A model generated the notes under the pieces. That model was not told the DNA's origin, ran no database searches, and saw nothing but the letters and a program-made list of their open reading frames with translations. A program made the translations under genes and the position numbers. A stretch of 64,000 nucleotides of DNA from Parvularculaceae bacterium (GTDB lineage Bacteria; Pseudomonadota; Alphaproteobacteria; Caulobacterales; Parvularculaceae): the NCBI GenBank assembly GCA_965263305.1, contig OZ253666.1, forward strand, positions 1,773,511 through 1,837,510, given 5' to 3'. Position 1 is the first letter of the stretch. Every line of letters starts with the position of its first letter. This document shows, one piece after another, positions 1 through 8,981 of the stretch.

Positions 1-683
1 AAGTGAATTGGTCGACGCTTCACCAATCCCATTGAGGGGCGGCGCGCCACCCGCCTGCTGACGACATCACCCGCTTTTGCGCCGTCCACCGGCCCGACAC
101 GTTACATAAGGCCGGCAGACTTCTAATGGTGAGCGCTGGCGCGGTTGAGCCTTTTGAGGACGCCGCACGGGCCGTTTTCTGATCACCAACAAACCGGCGC
201 CGTTTGATAAAGCTCCAACGAGCGGTGAGGTCATCGCGGTCGAAAAACCCCTCTGGGGCCGGAGCAAGAATGTTAGCATCAGCCCTTATCGGCGGCGCTG
301 GCGCTTCCGTCTTAAAGAACCTAACCTTAGAACCGGAGGAGTGGAATGGACCACAGCATTTCATTCCCCTTTCGCGTCCAGGATTTTTACATTCCTTACA
401 CATTAAAAATACACGCACGGAAAGAAGCGCTACGCGATTGAAAGTGGATTGGATCACAGAAATTCTTTCACTTTTTCAAATATACCGCATTCTTAATGAT
501 CATAATATTTTATTGCCGCTTATCTTATCTAGATTTCATCAAATTGATTAAGATTCTAAATTCCAATCACCGCGGCCCTATGTTTTGATTGGTGTGCGCC
601 GGATAGAGAGAAATTGTCGGTGTACATTCTTTTATCCATGGTGGGTATTAGATGATTTAAAACCTAAGAAAATGAGAGAAACC

Positions 684-848
684 ATGAAAAACCTAGAAAT
701 CACGAATGCAGATCAGATCGTTGAACTTTCTGACGCAGAAGTAGTTGAAATCTCTGGCGGCGTTACAAACGGGTCTCCAACGAATAGCTTGTTCTGTGCG
801 TTTTGCGAACCGCGCGACACCTGCCGTGCCGTGTTCTGGTGCCAATAA
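684..848 (+). CDS. Small precursor peptide (54 aa) with double-glycine-type leader and Cys-rich core: MKNLEITNADQIVELSDAEVVEISGG / VTNGSPTNSLFCAFCEPRDTCRAVFWCQ
   Basis: Internal Met of track ORF 585..848 with GAGAGAA Shine-Dalgarno-like sequence just upstream. The leader matches the double-glycine consensus L(-12)S(-11)xxE(-8)hxxI(-4)xG(-2)G(-1). The core has 4 Cys, and a hairpin terminator lies immediately downstream. Start choice (684 versus 672) is uncertain. Confidence 0.6.
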   Translation: MKNLEITNADQIVELSDAEVVEISGGVTNGSPTNSLFCAFCEPRDTCRAVFWCQ

Positions 849-853
849 AAGAC

Positions 854-918
854 GTTAAGTGAGAAATTTTCTCACTAACGGCACGCAGGTGATAACTCAC
901 CTGCGTGCTTATATTTTG
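854..918 (+). terminator. Tandem hairpins (AGTGAGAAA/TTTCTCACT, then a 12-bp GC-rich stem GCACGCAGGTGA-taac-TCACCTGCGTGC) followed by TTATATTTT; a rho-independent terminator or attenuator between the precursor gene and the downstream gene
   Basis: Perfect inverted repeats read directly from the sequence; a T-rich tract follows the second stem. Confidence 0.5.
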
Positions 919-952
919 CCGGACATGGTGATCGTAAATTCTCGAGCGAAAA

Positions 953-2632
953 ATGAAAAACTCTGCGTCACTCTCCGCAAAAGCGGCGTTAAAAATCAAT
1001 AACACGGTGCTGACCACGCTTTATAGTGATGCGCTTCGCGAAGGTGGCGTCGATCTACCGGCGCGAACCCTGGAAAAAGCGATGAACACGCATCCTAATT
1101 TTCCAGGTTTTAAGGCTTTCCACGAATGGGCGTCGGACCACGGATTGAAGTTGCGCGTTTTTCAAGGCAATCCTAGTCAGTTATCGAAATTGGTACCCTG
1201 CCTTGCTTTCTTTCGGGTGAGTGATGGCCGCTTAGAACCCTTGGCGATGATACGGGACACGCGGGACGGTGAGATCCTCCTCGATGACGAACACGGTTTG
1301 CACTGGGAACCGGTCGAAAAAATTCAAGGGTACAATTGCGAGATCTTTGTCAAAGTATCGGCGCCAGAAACACCCTCGACCGACGCGTTGACGAGCGTAA
1401 TACGCGAAAACACGTCTGAAATATGGCGAAAGCGGATGGTGTTGGCTTGCGTTTTCGTCGCTCTTATTATTGCGCTCGCAATGCAGTGGGTGTCCGCACC
1501 CGGATTGTCGGCGCTGGGCCTTTCGGCTCATTTTATTTTGAGTATTGTCGGGATTGGTCTCGCCGTCGAGTTAGTGTCCCTGACGCTTGGGCGTAACGCC
1601 GGACTTGCGCCAAACATTTGTGAAGCAGCAGCTCTGGCGCAATCTGGCTGCGGGAGTGCATTAACGTCGCCGCTATCAAAAATCGTCCCTTGGATCGGAT
1701 TGCCGCTGGCAACGCTCGGCTATTTTTTGGTGATGGCGTTGGCCGTCGGGTTAGGCGCCGGTATCGCAGGCCTACATGGCTGGGTAATGATCATAAGCGC
1801 GGGCGCCATCGTTGCAGGGCTCGGATCACTCTACTACCAAGCCGTCGTTTTAAGAGAATGGTGCCATCTCTGCTGTCTCATGATTGGCGTGATGGCGCTT
1901 CAGGCGGTAGCCGCCCTGCTGTTCGTCTCCTCCATCGTGACCCAATCGACAATGCCAGAGATTGCCGGCGCCATGATACTCGTCTGCTTATTTGCCACGG
2001 TATTCGCAATACTTGTTATCGCTGAACCCTATCTTGAGGGTGCAAGCGAATACGAAAATGTCTATGCGCACTATAAGCAGCTCCTCCAAAAACCACAGAT
2101 TCAAATCGATACTTTCAGAGGGCAAGCATTCGAGTTCGGATCTGTTGATGGTGATATTGTTCTTGGCGACATGAGCGAGGACGCTGCGGAACTGGCGTTG
2201 GTGGTCAGTCTGGGTTGCAATGGATGCGCAATCACCATCGCGGATGTTGAACGTTTGAGACGCCGGTTCTCTGATGGCGTTCGTGTACGGATCCGGTTGG
2301 CGATCGAACAACCAAATGTCTATTTCGATATTGCCGACACAATCGTGACCGCATCCGCTGACGGGCGCCACGAGGACGCGTTTTCAATTCTTCTAGCGGA
2401 AGTGCGTAACCCGACGAAGGTTTCTCGACATACGGCCAGGCGGGCTGACCCGGCGGATTATTCAGAAGCGCTCCGGGCGCAATTGCGTTGGTACAAAGAA
2501 GTGCAACCGCCGACGGTGCCATTAACAACATTCAACGGGTATATTTACCGCGGGCAACTCGCAGACATGCGCTATTTAATCGAAGAAGTCGCCGCAGATA
2601 TATGCGCCACACGGCTCAAAAAATCTGCATAG
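953..2632 (+). CDS. VKOR-family membrane thiol-disulfide oxidoreductase with a C39-like N-terminal domain and a C-terminal thioredoxin-fold CXXC domain
   Basis: The N-terminal segment LKLRVFQGNPSQLSKLVPCLAFF...DDEHGLHW resembles the C-terminal half of the papain-like C39 fold. The central domain has multiple TM helices with a loop Cys pair (NICEAAALAQSGCGS) and a TM-embedded W-CHLC-C (CXXC), which are hallmarks of vitamin K epoxide reductase homologues. The C-terminal soluble domain has VVSLGCNGCAI (Trx-like CXXC). Confidence 0.65.
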   Translation: MKNSASLSAKAALKINNTVLTTLYSDALREGGVDLPARTLEKAMNTHPNFPGFKAFHEWASDHGLKLRVFQGNPSQLSKLVPCLAFFRVSDGRLEPLAMIRDTRDGEILLDDEHGLHWEPVEKIQGYNCEIFVKVSAPETPSTDALTSVIRENTSEIWRKRMVLACVFVALIIALAMQWVSAPGLSALGLSAHFILSIVGIGLAVELVSLTLGRNAGLAPNICEAAALAQSGCGSALTSPLSKIVPWIGLPLATLGYFLVMALAVGLGAGIAGLHGWVMIISAGAIVAGLGSLYYQAVVLREWCHLCCLMIGVMALQAVAALLFVSSIVTQSTMPEIAGAMILVCLFATVFAILVIAEPYLEGASEYENVYAHYKQLLQKPQIQIDTFRGQAFEFGSVDGDIVLGDMSEDAAELALVVSLGCNGCAITIADVERLRRRFSDGVRVRIRLAIEQPNVYFDIADTIVTASADGRHEDAFSILLAEVRNPTKVSRHTARRADPADYSEALRAQLRWYKEVQPPTVPLTTFNGYIYRGQLADMRYLIEEVAADICATRLKKSA

Positions 2633-2645
2633 GGTTTATGGGGCG

Positions 2646-2993
2646 TTGGATCAGAATGCGCTTTACCCACTGCTTCTCAAATATGGAAAACCAGAGTTCA
2701 TACGTTCCGACAACGGCCCGGAGTTTATCTCTGAATACTTTCAAAGCTGGCTGAAAAAAGTTGGGGTCAAACCCATCCGCATTTATCCAGGCTCACCCCG
2801 GAAGAACGGATACAATGAGCGTTTCAATGGAACCCTTCGCCGAGAAGTCCTCAATGCAGAATGAATCGCATCAATCGATCAGGCAAAAACAGTCATCAAC
2901 CGATGGCTAAACCAGTACAACCGGATCCGCCCGCATCAGGCGCTCGGCATGCGCCCTCCCGTGCCAGAAACTCTATCAAAAATTGGGACATAA
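2646..2993 (+). pseudogene. IS3-family transposase (OrfB integrase-core C-terminal part) fragment with an in-frame TGA where Trp is expected; the N-terminus is missing
   Basis: The rve-like motif ...IRSDNGPEFIS...GSPRKNGYNERFNGTLRREVLNAE is followed by TGA. The same frame then continues as IASIDQAKTVINRWLNQYNRIRPHQALGMRPPVPETL, a typical IS3 OrfB C-terminus. There is no upstream OrfA or catalytic N-terminal region. Confidence 0.7.
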
Positions 2994-3037
2994 TGAACGG
3001 GCTTTACACCAGCAAATACAATCCGCGCCGGCGTTAT

Positions 3038-3184
3038 CGAATTACTGCCTATCTCAGCAACCCAGATTCACGGCTCGAGCTCGCGCAGCAAATGGCGGGG
3101 CACGCCGATCCGAAAACGACAAGGATGTATGATCGGCCGTCCGATCAAGTTTCGCTTGATGAGGTTGAGAAAATTGGAATTTAG
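3038..3184 (+). pseudogene. Tyrosine recombinase (phage-type integrase) C-terminal fragment
   Basis: The tail of track ORF 2861..3184 reads ...LAQQMAGHADPKTTRMYDRPSDQVSLDEVEKI, which matches the conserved integrase C-terminus (GH..xxTTxxY with catalytic Tyr). No upstream integrase body is present; the first half of that ORF is an alternative-frame read of the IS3 fragment. Confidence 0.5.
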
Positions 3185-3433
3185 AACGTAAACCGATAGC
3201 GTATGGGGAACTCGACCACTTTATTTGGGTGACAATGACCGAAGACGCCCCGGTCATTGCCCATGTGGTACCTGAAGGACTTCAGCCAGCCGATATTTTT
3301 ATACCGAACAAAATGCGCGCCATTTCAAAGTCGCTTACGAGCAAATTCGCACTTTCATGTGACGGCAGTTACCATTCCAAGCTGAGTACCTGCAAGGGAT
3401 ATGGCTCCCTACTCCAATGATTTTCCTTTCCGC

Positions 3434-4393
3434 CTATTGAGAACGTTTAATCATGCGCTCTAGAAACGCATCAATATCTTGGGCCGTGCGGTCAGGCGCT
3501 TCTTCCATTGGCAGGTGTCCAATACCCTCATATACGACGACATCTGCTTCAGACAAACGCTCGGAAAACGTTTTCGCAGCGGATGGGAAAATTCGTTGAT
3601 CTTCCGCACCCCAGATAACGAGTGTTGGGGCCGGAATATCCCCCAATCGTTCAGCATAGATTGCTTCCCGGTCAACAATGGCGCGTAAGATGGCAGCGCG
3701 CCGATTTCCAGGATACCGCAATAGTTCCCAATACCGATCAATAACGTGCTCGGCCATCACTTCTTTGATGCTCACACTCTGCAGCGCAGAAGCCTCTACG
3801 ATACTACGCTGTATGAAATGTTTTGCCGCAAACCGTCCGACTGGGTTTTGCAAGATTAAAGAGCGGAAACTAAAAGAGGGTATTTTTTCTCCCTCACGCA
3901 GGGGCATGCCCGCAGCATTCAGCAAAAGTAAAGCTTTCACGCGTTCCGGGTTGTCGAGAGCATACCGCCATGACACCCATCCGCCCAAGGAATTACCACC
4001 TAGAACAAACGTAGGTAGATTTAACTCCCGGGTTAGATGATCTAGTGCTTCGGCCATTCCGGAAAAAGAGTAGTCATCTCGCGGATGTGGACCGGTCAAT
4101 CCATGACCGGGCTGGGTGTAGGTTATTATCCGATACTCTTTGCCAAGGCGTTCGACCAGGGGTTCCCATGTATGCAGAGATGCGGCAGCCCCGTGGAGGA
4201 AGACGATGGTTTCTCCATGGGGATTTCCCTGATCACGATAGTGAATACGAAATCCATCATCGGTTTCGAGAAAGCGCGATGCCTCATTCGTATATTTTTC
4301 AACCATCGCATCATGACTTGTGTCTGGCGTGCGGGTCAGGAAAATCGCCAGTACTACAATTAAAAGGCCGGTTAGAAGGGCGTATTTTTTCAT
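3434..4393 (-). CDS. Secreted/membrane-anchored alpha/beta-fold hydrolase
   Basis: Has a GNSLGG nucleophile-elbow motif (GxSxG), HG oxyanion motif (FLHGAAAS) and a C-terminal His (GIGHLP). N-terminal hydrophobic signal/anchor MKKYALLTGLLIVVLAIFL. Start taken at internal Met (aa 23 of track ORF). Confidence 0.75.
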   Translation of the reverse strand: MKKYALLTGLLIVVLAIFLTRTPDTSHDAMVEKYTNEASRFLETDDGFRIHYRDQGNPHGETIVFLHGAAASLHTWEPLVERLGKEYRIITYTQPGHGLTGPHPRDDYSFSGMAEALDHLTRELNLPTFVLGGNSLGGWVSWRYALDNPERVKALLLLNAAGMPLREGEKIPSFSFRSLILQNPVGRFAAKHFIQRSIVEASALQSVSIKEVMAEHVIDRYWELLRYPGNRRAAILRAIVDREAIYAERLGDIPAPTLVIWGAEDQRIFPSAAKTFSERLSEADVVVYEGIGHLPMEEAPDRTAQDIDAFLERMIKRSQ

Positions 4394-4597
4394 GGCAATC
4401 CTATTTATCGAGATCAAAAAACGCCTCAGCCTGCCTTCAAGTTGATGATGAATAGTCAAGTCAAACTCTTCGCGGACGGCGCCATTGAAAATCTAGCATG
4501 TCCCATATGACAACTAAAATTATTTCCGTATACGATGTATGATAAGTATACCAAGAAATCGGCGTATGCGCCTCCCCATCAGGTCAATACCTTTCGT

Positions 4598-5890
4598 CTA
4601 CGAATTAGCTATCAGCAAAGCACAATTCTCTTCAAGTCTCTCTTTAAATGACTTCACCAAGTCATCTGGGATGAGGCTGTTTGCCGCCCCACAAAAAAAA
4701 CGAAGTTCATCATCAGTAACACCGATTCCAAAATACAATTTATGCATGATTGTCACTCTAGGTGTATACTGTTTTAGTACGCCCATTTTCTTAAGGTCTT
4801 TCGGCGTATTAATCTTTCCAAGACATGTAACAACGATGTCCACTTGCTCATCCGCACAATTTCCATCAAATAAAACCTGTTCTGTGTGGCTACTTGTAAA
4901 ATTAATGAAGCCAACGATTTGATCGATTGTTGGTCTTTTTTCTTTTATCTGTGCAGAAATGTCATTCACCACTTCCGACGTGCTACGGCTTATTAGATTT
5001 TTGATGTCTAAACGTACAATATCAGTATAAACACCGATTTGATTGGCTGGCAGCCTCGCAATTTGATGTTGATAGCTATGTGGCAATCCTAAGCGAAGGC
5101 GATCTGAGTTGGTTGCTTGCGCATATGATTTCGCCGCGATTGCTGCATAAAGGGCTATTTGAGAGATCTTTCGCGTCCTGCGATATTTGCTGATCGTGTT
5201 AGCAATGTTCGCACTCAGAATTCCGTCGAGCATATATTGCCCGTCATAGCGTATACTGGGCGAACCTCTTTGGCTAAACTTCAATTGCCGCTGCCATATT
5301 TTAAATTGTAGAGCTGCATACCAACTCTTGATGATGGAAAACGGCGCTTTCCTCCAACGAAGCCCCTGCAATTCATGTACAGCCCGAGCGATGCTGCCTG
5401 GTTGAAATTTTTTATCGGGGTCCAGTAGTAACCGCAGAAAATCGAAGAAGAGAGCGCAACCCGAAAACCCGTCACTGATCACATGGTGTACGGTGAAAAA
5501 AACAACGCTACTCTTTTCACCTCTTAAAACCCTACAAAATACGTATGGGTCATGCTCTCTAACAAAGCGTCTCTTCACTTCATTGTCGAACACTGCGCAT
5601 ATTTCATCTTCACAATGATACTCGCCCACGCAAACCTGGCCTGTAAAGTCCGGTTGCCTCTCAATAAAATGCGGCCCGTGCTGATGTTCTAGCGATACGC
5701 CCATTCCTAAGAGCGGGTATTTCACATATAGCCGGTTTAGCGCGCCTAAAACCCGTTGGCGCGAAATTTCTGTTTGATCGATTGTCGCAGCGAATACACA
5801 ATTCACTGGCGCCTCAAACCCTTGGGCCATCCATTGCTCATGAATTGTCAATGGCCTTTGAAACGTCATATGATTTTCCGCGCCATTCAT
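4598..5890 (-). CDS. HHxxxDG-motif acyltransferase (WS/DGAT wax-ester-synthase-like or free-standing condensation-domain family)
   Basis: FFTVHHVISDGFSG lies at about residue 135 of a 430-aa protein. This matches the WS/DGAT and NRPS C-domain active-site motif HHxxxDG in position and length. No adenylation or PCP partner is encoded nearby. Confidence 0.55.
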   Translation of the reverse strand: MNGAENHMTFQRPLTIHEQWMAQGFEAPVNCVFAATIDQTEISRQRVLGALNRLYVKYPLLGMGVSLEHQHGPHFIERQPDFTGQVCVGEYHCEDEICAVFDNEVKRRFVREHDPYVFCRVLRGEKSSVVFFTVHHVISDGFSGCALFFDFLRLLLDPDKKFQPGSIARAVHELQGLRWRKAPFSIIKSWYAALQFKIWQRQLKFSQRGSPSIRYDGQYMLDGILSANIANTISKYRRTRKISQIALYAAIAAKSYAQATNSDRLRLGLPHSYQHQIARLPANQIGVYTDIVRLDIKNLISRSTSEVVNDISAQIKEKRPTIDQIVGFINFTSSHTEQVLFDGNCADEQVDIVVTCLGKINTPKDLKKMGVLKQYTPRVTIMHKLYFGIGVTDDELRFFCGAANSLIPDDLVKSFKERLEENCALLIANS

Positions 5891-5970
5891 TTGCGACTAC
5901 ATGCTAAATTTATACTTATGTACGAAACGTGAGTTGGATAAGATCCTGGGTGCAAATTTACGGTGCAGCC

Positions 5971-7272
5971 TTACTCTGCGGCTTGCGTTGCTGGCGAAAG
6001 CCCCTTGCCGGCCGCAGCCAACGCCTTGTCTTTATTCGCTGGCGGCAATGTTATACCATAATCACGTAACAAAAAATTTCTTGATATTGGCGGGATGTAA
6101 TGCACCGAACCGAATATAATCTGCCAGCGGATTTTCCAATTCCGATTGTGCTTCAATTCGTAAAAAATCTGAACTATACCAGCAAAGCTATAAGCGCCAG
6201 GGCTCATTAAAACATCTGGTTCATGTGTTAACCCGACCGATGGCCTCTGCATTGGCGGCTCAACATAAGAGCCAAATACTCGATCCCAACACAAAAACGG
6301 GGCGCCGCTGCCAAGGTTTACGGCTTGGTGCTCAAGCTTGCTTGAATGATGCACATAATGATATGGGCCATGCCCTCCCGCCGCCATCATAATAAAGCGC
6401 CAAAAACGGCTTTTCATCACAATTTCATATGTTGACGCAATATGATTGTGAATACTCAAATTGATAGTGATAAGGATGAAAATCGATAATTCTAGGAGTA
6501 AGTACTGCCCAGTGAAGAGTCGAATTACAATCGAACCCACGATCGCTTTAATCGCAAATGTCCAAACACCGCCAAGCGGAAACGCCTGGTTTGCTTCAAA
6601 AACCGTTGCCGTATTTAGTATCGTCGAAATATGATGCGACCGGTGCGCACATAGCCATAATAATCGTGATTTATGGCATAGATAGTGATCTATATAAACA
6701 AATAGTCCTCCCAGAACGTAGGCCACTATGATTGCGAGAAAATATGGTAGTTTGAATAAATGTGGCGTAGACGTAATTAAAGCAACGATGAAGTTCGAAA
6801 ACGCCGTAACACCCTCGATCATCGTTAATCCGTAAAGGGCGGAAATACCCCATATCGATAAACTTAGAGACATCAACCAAAGAAGCAGATTTGATAAATT
6901 AGACAAAATGCAGAATACAACGTATCGGCGATCGTGCAGAACACCAGTCACCCGTTCCTGATCAATGTAAGACCTTGCGGAAGCGTAAGTCATATAGACG
7001 CCGCTAAGAACTGTCAGCGCCACATAAGCATGGATTAACCCGTCCCAACCTCGCGTTTGCATGGCGTCGACGTTGTCCCAAAATATCGGCATCGTGATCC
7101 CACCGAAGAACACCAGTAAGGTTGCAAAAATTGCATATTGTACAGCACACCAAGTATATCCGAAGAAATCGACGACACCGTAGTATTTCTCAGGAATATC
7201 AGGGACCTCATAGAATAGTTTATCAAGGAAGCTGTTATTTTTTCGTCCTACCCCTCCCTCACTCTCTAACAT
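5971..7272 (-). CDS. Membrane fatty-acid hydroxylase / sterol-desaturase superfamily di-iron enzyme
   Basis: Multiple TM helices plus the histidine boxes HKSRLLWLCAHRSHH, HNHIAS and HYVHHS characteristic of the FA_hydroxylase superfamily. Confidence 0.7.
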   Translation of the reverse strand: MLESEGGVGRKNNSFLDKLFYEVPDIPEKYYGVVDFFGYTWCAVQYAIFATLLVFFGGITMPIFWDNVDAMQTRGWDGLIHAYVALTVLSGVYMTYASARSYIDQERVTGVLHDRRYVVFCILSNLSNLLLWLMSLSLSIWGISALYGLTMIEGVTAFSNFIVALITSTPHLFKLPYFLAIIVAYVLGGLFVYIDHYLCHKSRLLWLCAHRSHHISTILNTATVFEANQAFPLGGVWTFAIKAIVGSIVIRLFTGQYLLLELSIFILITINLSIHNHIASTYEIVMKSRFWRFIMMAAGGHGPYHYVHHSSKLEHQAVNLGSGAPFLCWDRVFGSYVEPPMQRPSVGLTHEPDVLMSPGAYSFAGIVQIFYELKHNRNWKIRWQIIFGSVHYIPPISRNFLLRDYGITLPPANKDKALAAAGKGLSPATQAAE

Positions 7273-7287
7273 TTCGTTTCCCCTTTT

Positions 7288-8061
7288 TTAATTGTGGACG
7301 CGCTTTGCGAAATTTCGCATTGAGATGTTGAATGCGACAATTGTCAAAAACATGAGATAGCCGACCACGCCAGAAAATTTGGCAACCGCAATCGTGTTAT
7401 GGAGCGTAAGGTCTCTAATTACGTTCGTAACGAGCGCGCTGGGTAATACAATAACAACAGGCCGCAATAGCTCTGAACCTCCATCAAGAGGGAGAAAGAA
7501 ACCGGAAAACATTGTAGACGGCGCCACCCATAAAAACATAAACAGGGTAATGCCATGCCAACTTTTTATTATCGACACGGCCATAACACCTATTGCGCCA
7601 TAGCAAAGCCCCGCGACCAGTATCAATGTCAGAACTAAACCAAAATGCAGCGTCAGCTCTATTACACCGAGAACGACCATCAAGATCGTGATGATCGCCG
7701 CTACAATAACACCCTTCGTCGCGCTCCATAAAACTTCACCCGCAACAATGTTTCGCAACGAAAGAGACGTAGACAACATTGTCTTCCACGTTTGCGTATG
7801 TTTGAATCGTATAAATGTGACTTGTGAGGCTTCCGCCGACGTCGTAGTGAAAAGAACGAAACTAACAATCCCTGCCGCTAACCAATTGTGGTAGTTGGCG
7901 CCAACCATGCCTTGAAGCAGTTCACCCGCAGTCATCGCAATGGCCAATCCAATACAAACGGGCAACGCCAAGTCTGAGATCAAAGCAGGAACTATCGACG
8001 TTCGCCACACGAGAAAATTGCGCCTAACGACACTCATACTGGGAAATCGGGTGAGGATCAC
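7288..8061 (-). CDS. ABC-2 type exporter permease
   Basis: Six-TM hydrophobic protein with ABC-2 family character. Its start overlaps (ATGA) the stop of the upstream ATPase gene, indicating translational coupling. Confidence 0.7.
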   Translation of the reverse strand: MILTRFPSMSVVRRNFLVWRTSIVPALISDLALPVCIGLAIAMTAGELLQGMVGANYHNWLAAGIVSFVLFTTTSAEASQVTFIRFKHTQTWKTMLSTSLSLRNIVAGEVLWSATKGVIVAAIITILMVVLGVIELTLHFGLVLTLILVAGLCYGAIGVMAVSIIKSWHGITLFMFLWVAPSTMFSGFFLPLDGGSELLRPVVIVLPSALVTNVIRDLTLHNTIAVAKFSGVVGYLMFLTIVAFNISMRNFAKRVHN

Positions 8062-8981
8062 GACGCAATTGCCCTATGAGAATCTGTGTCACCTAGAGAC
8101 ATCATGACATCTTCCAGGGTTGTGTTCCGGTAAGAAAACTTTGCACCCTTGGGCAGGCGCTTGACGATTGACGATGCGTCATCTGTGAAAAAAATCATGG
8201 CTTTACCATTGTCATATCGCCGAATAGCCGGGTCATACAACATCGCGGAAACGGGCTTTTCGACGACAAGCGCGGATTTACCGGTTGTCTGATTAACAAC
8301 ATCTATCGGCGCGCCTTGCTCTAGCACCTTACCGTCTTTGATCAGATAAATGTAGTCGCAAAGCTGCTCTGCTTCTTCCATATAATGAGTAGAAACAATG
8401 ATGGATACGCCGCTATTTTTTAGTCTGATTAACTCTTGCCATACTTTCTTCCGCGATTGGGCGTCTAGCCCGGAACTTGGTTCATCAATGATGAGTAGTT
8501 CAGGTGAACTCATCTGCGCGCGGGCAATGATCAGCCTTCGCTGCATACCGCCTGATAGGGTATCAACGCGATCATGTTCACGAGATAAAAACCCTATCTC
8601 CTCTAACAGAGTCCTTGCTTGTTTTCTCGCAACCCGCGTATTGAAACCAAAATAGGTTCCGAAGACTTCTAAGTTCTGAATGACAGTTAGCTCTTGATCA
8701 AGATTATTATCTTGCGGAACGATACCAAAAATGCGGCGATCGTGATGGGTTAGCGTTCCGATATTTTTCCCATTAATTCGCACCTCCCCTGCATCAGCAT
8801 GCTTCAGTCCAGACAAAATAACCATCGTCGTGGATTTACCCGCGCCATTCGGTCCGAGTAACCCTGTTATCTTTCCCCGAGCGATCTCAACACTGAGGCC
8901 GTCAACCGCGATCGATTGTCCGTATCGTTTTGTGATACCGGTGGCAGATGCGATTGGCAGCGCGCAGTCACTCTCTACCAT
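8058..8981 (-). CDS. ABC transporter ATP-binding protein (ABC-2 exporter partner)
   Basis: Walker A LLGPNGAGKSTT, signature LSGGMQRRL, Walker B LLIIDEPSSGLD, and an H-loop. Confidence 0.85.
   Translation of the reverse strand: MVESDCALPIASATGITKRYGQSIAVDGLSVEIARGKITGLLGPNGAGKSTTMVILSGLKHADAGEVRINGKNIGTLTHHDRRIFGIVPQDNNLDQELTVIQNLEVFGTYFGFNTRVARKQARTLLEEIGFLSREHDRVDTLSGGMQRRLIIARAQMSSPELLIIDEPSSGLDAQSRKKVWQELIRLKNSGVSIIVSTHYMEEAEQLCDYIYLIKDGKVLEQGAPIDVVNQTTGKSALVVEKPVSAMLYDPAIRRYDNGKAMIFFTDDASSIVKRLPKGAKFSYRNTTLEDVMMSLGDTDSHRAIAS

Noticed and set aside
1-280. GC-rich leftmost 280 bp as the 3' end of a core gene
   Set aside because: Neither strand gives a recognisable protein tail. It may be a remnant or intergenic, so it is not annotated.
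204-551. 115-aa ORF in the AT-rich region upstream of the precursor peptide gene
   Set aside because: No recognisable domain, and AT-rich promoter-like composition with inverted repeats (CCAATCA…TGATTGG). More likely a regulatory region than a gene.
2861-3184. Track ORF MNRINRSG… (107 aa) as a real gene
   Set aside because: It is a composite. Its first half is an out-of-frame read of the IS3 transposase fragment and its last about 45 aa match an integrase C-terminus. It is therefore annotated as mobile-element remnants rather than a CDS.
3215-3235. Possible att-site copy of the tRNA-Thr 3' end right after the integrase remnant
   Set aside because: Only an 8-nt identity (TGGGTGAC), which is too short to distinguish from chance.
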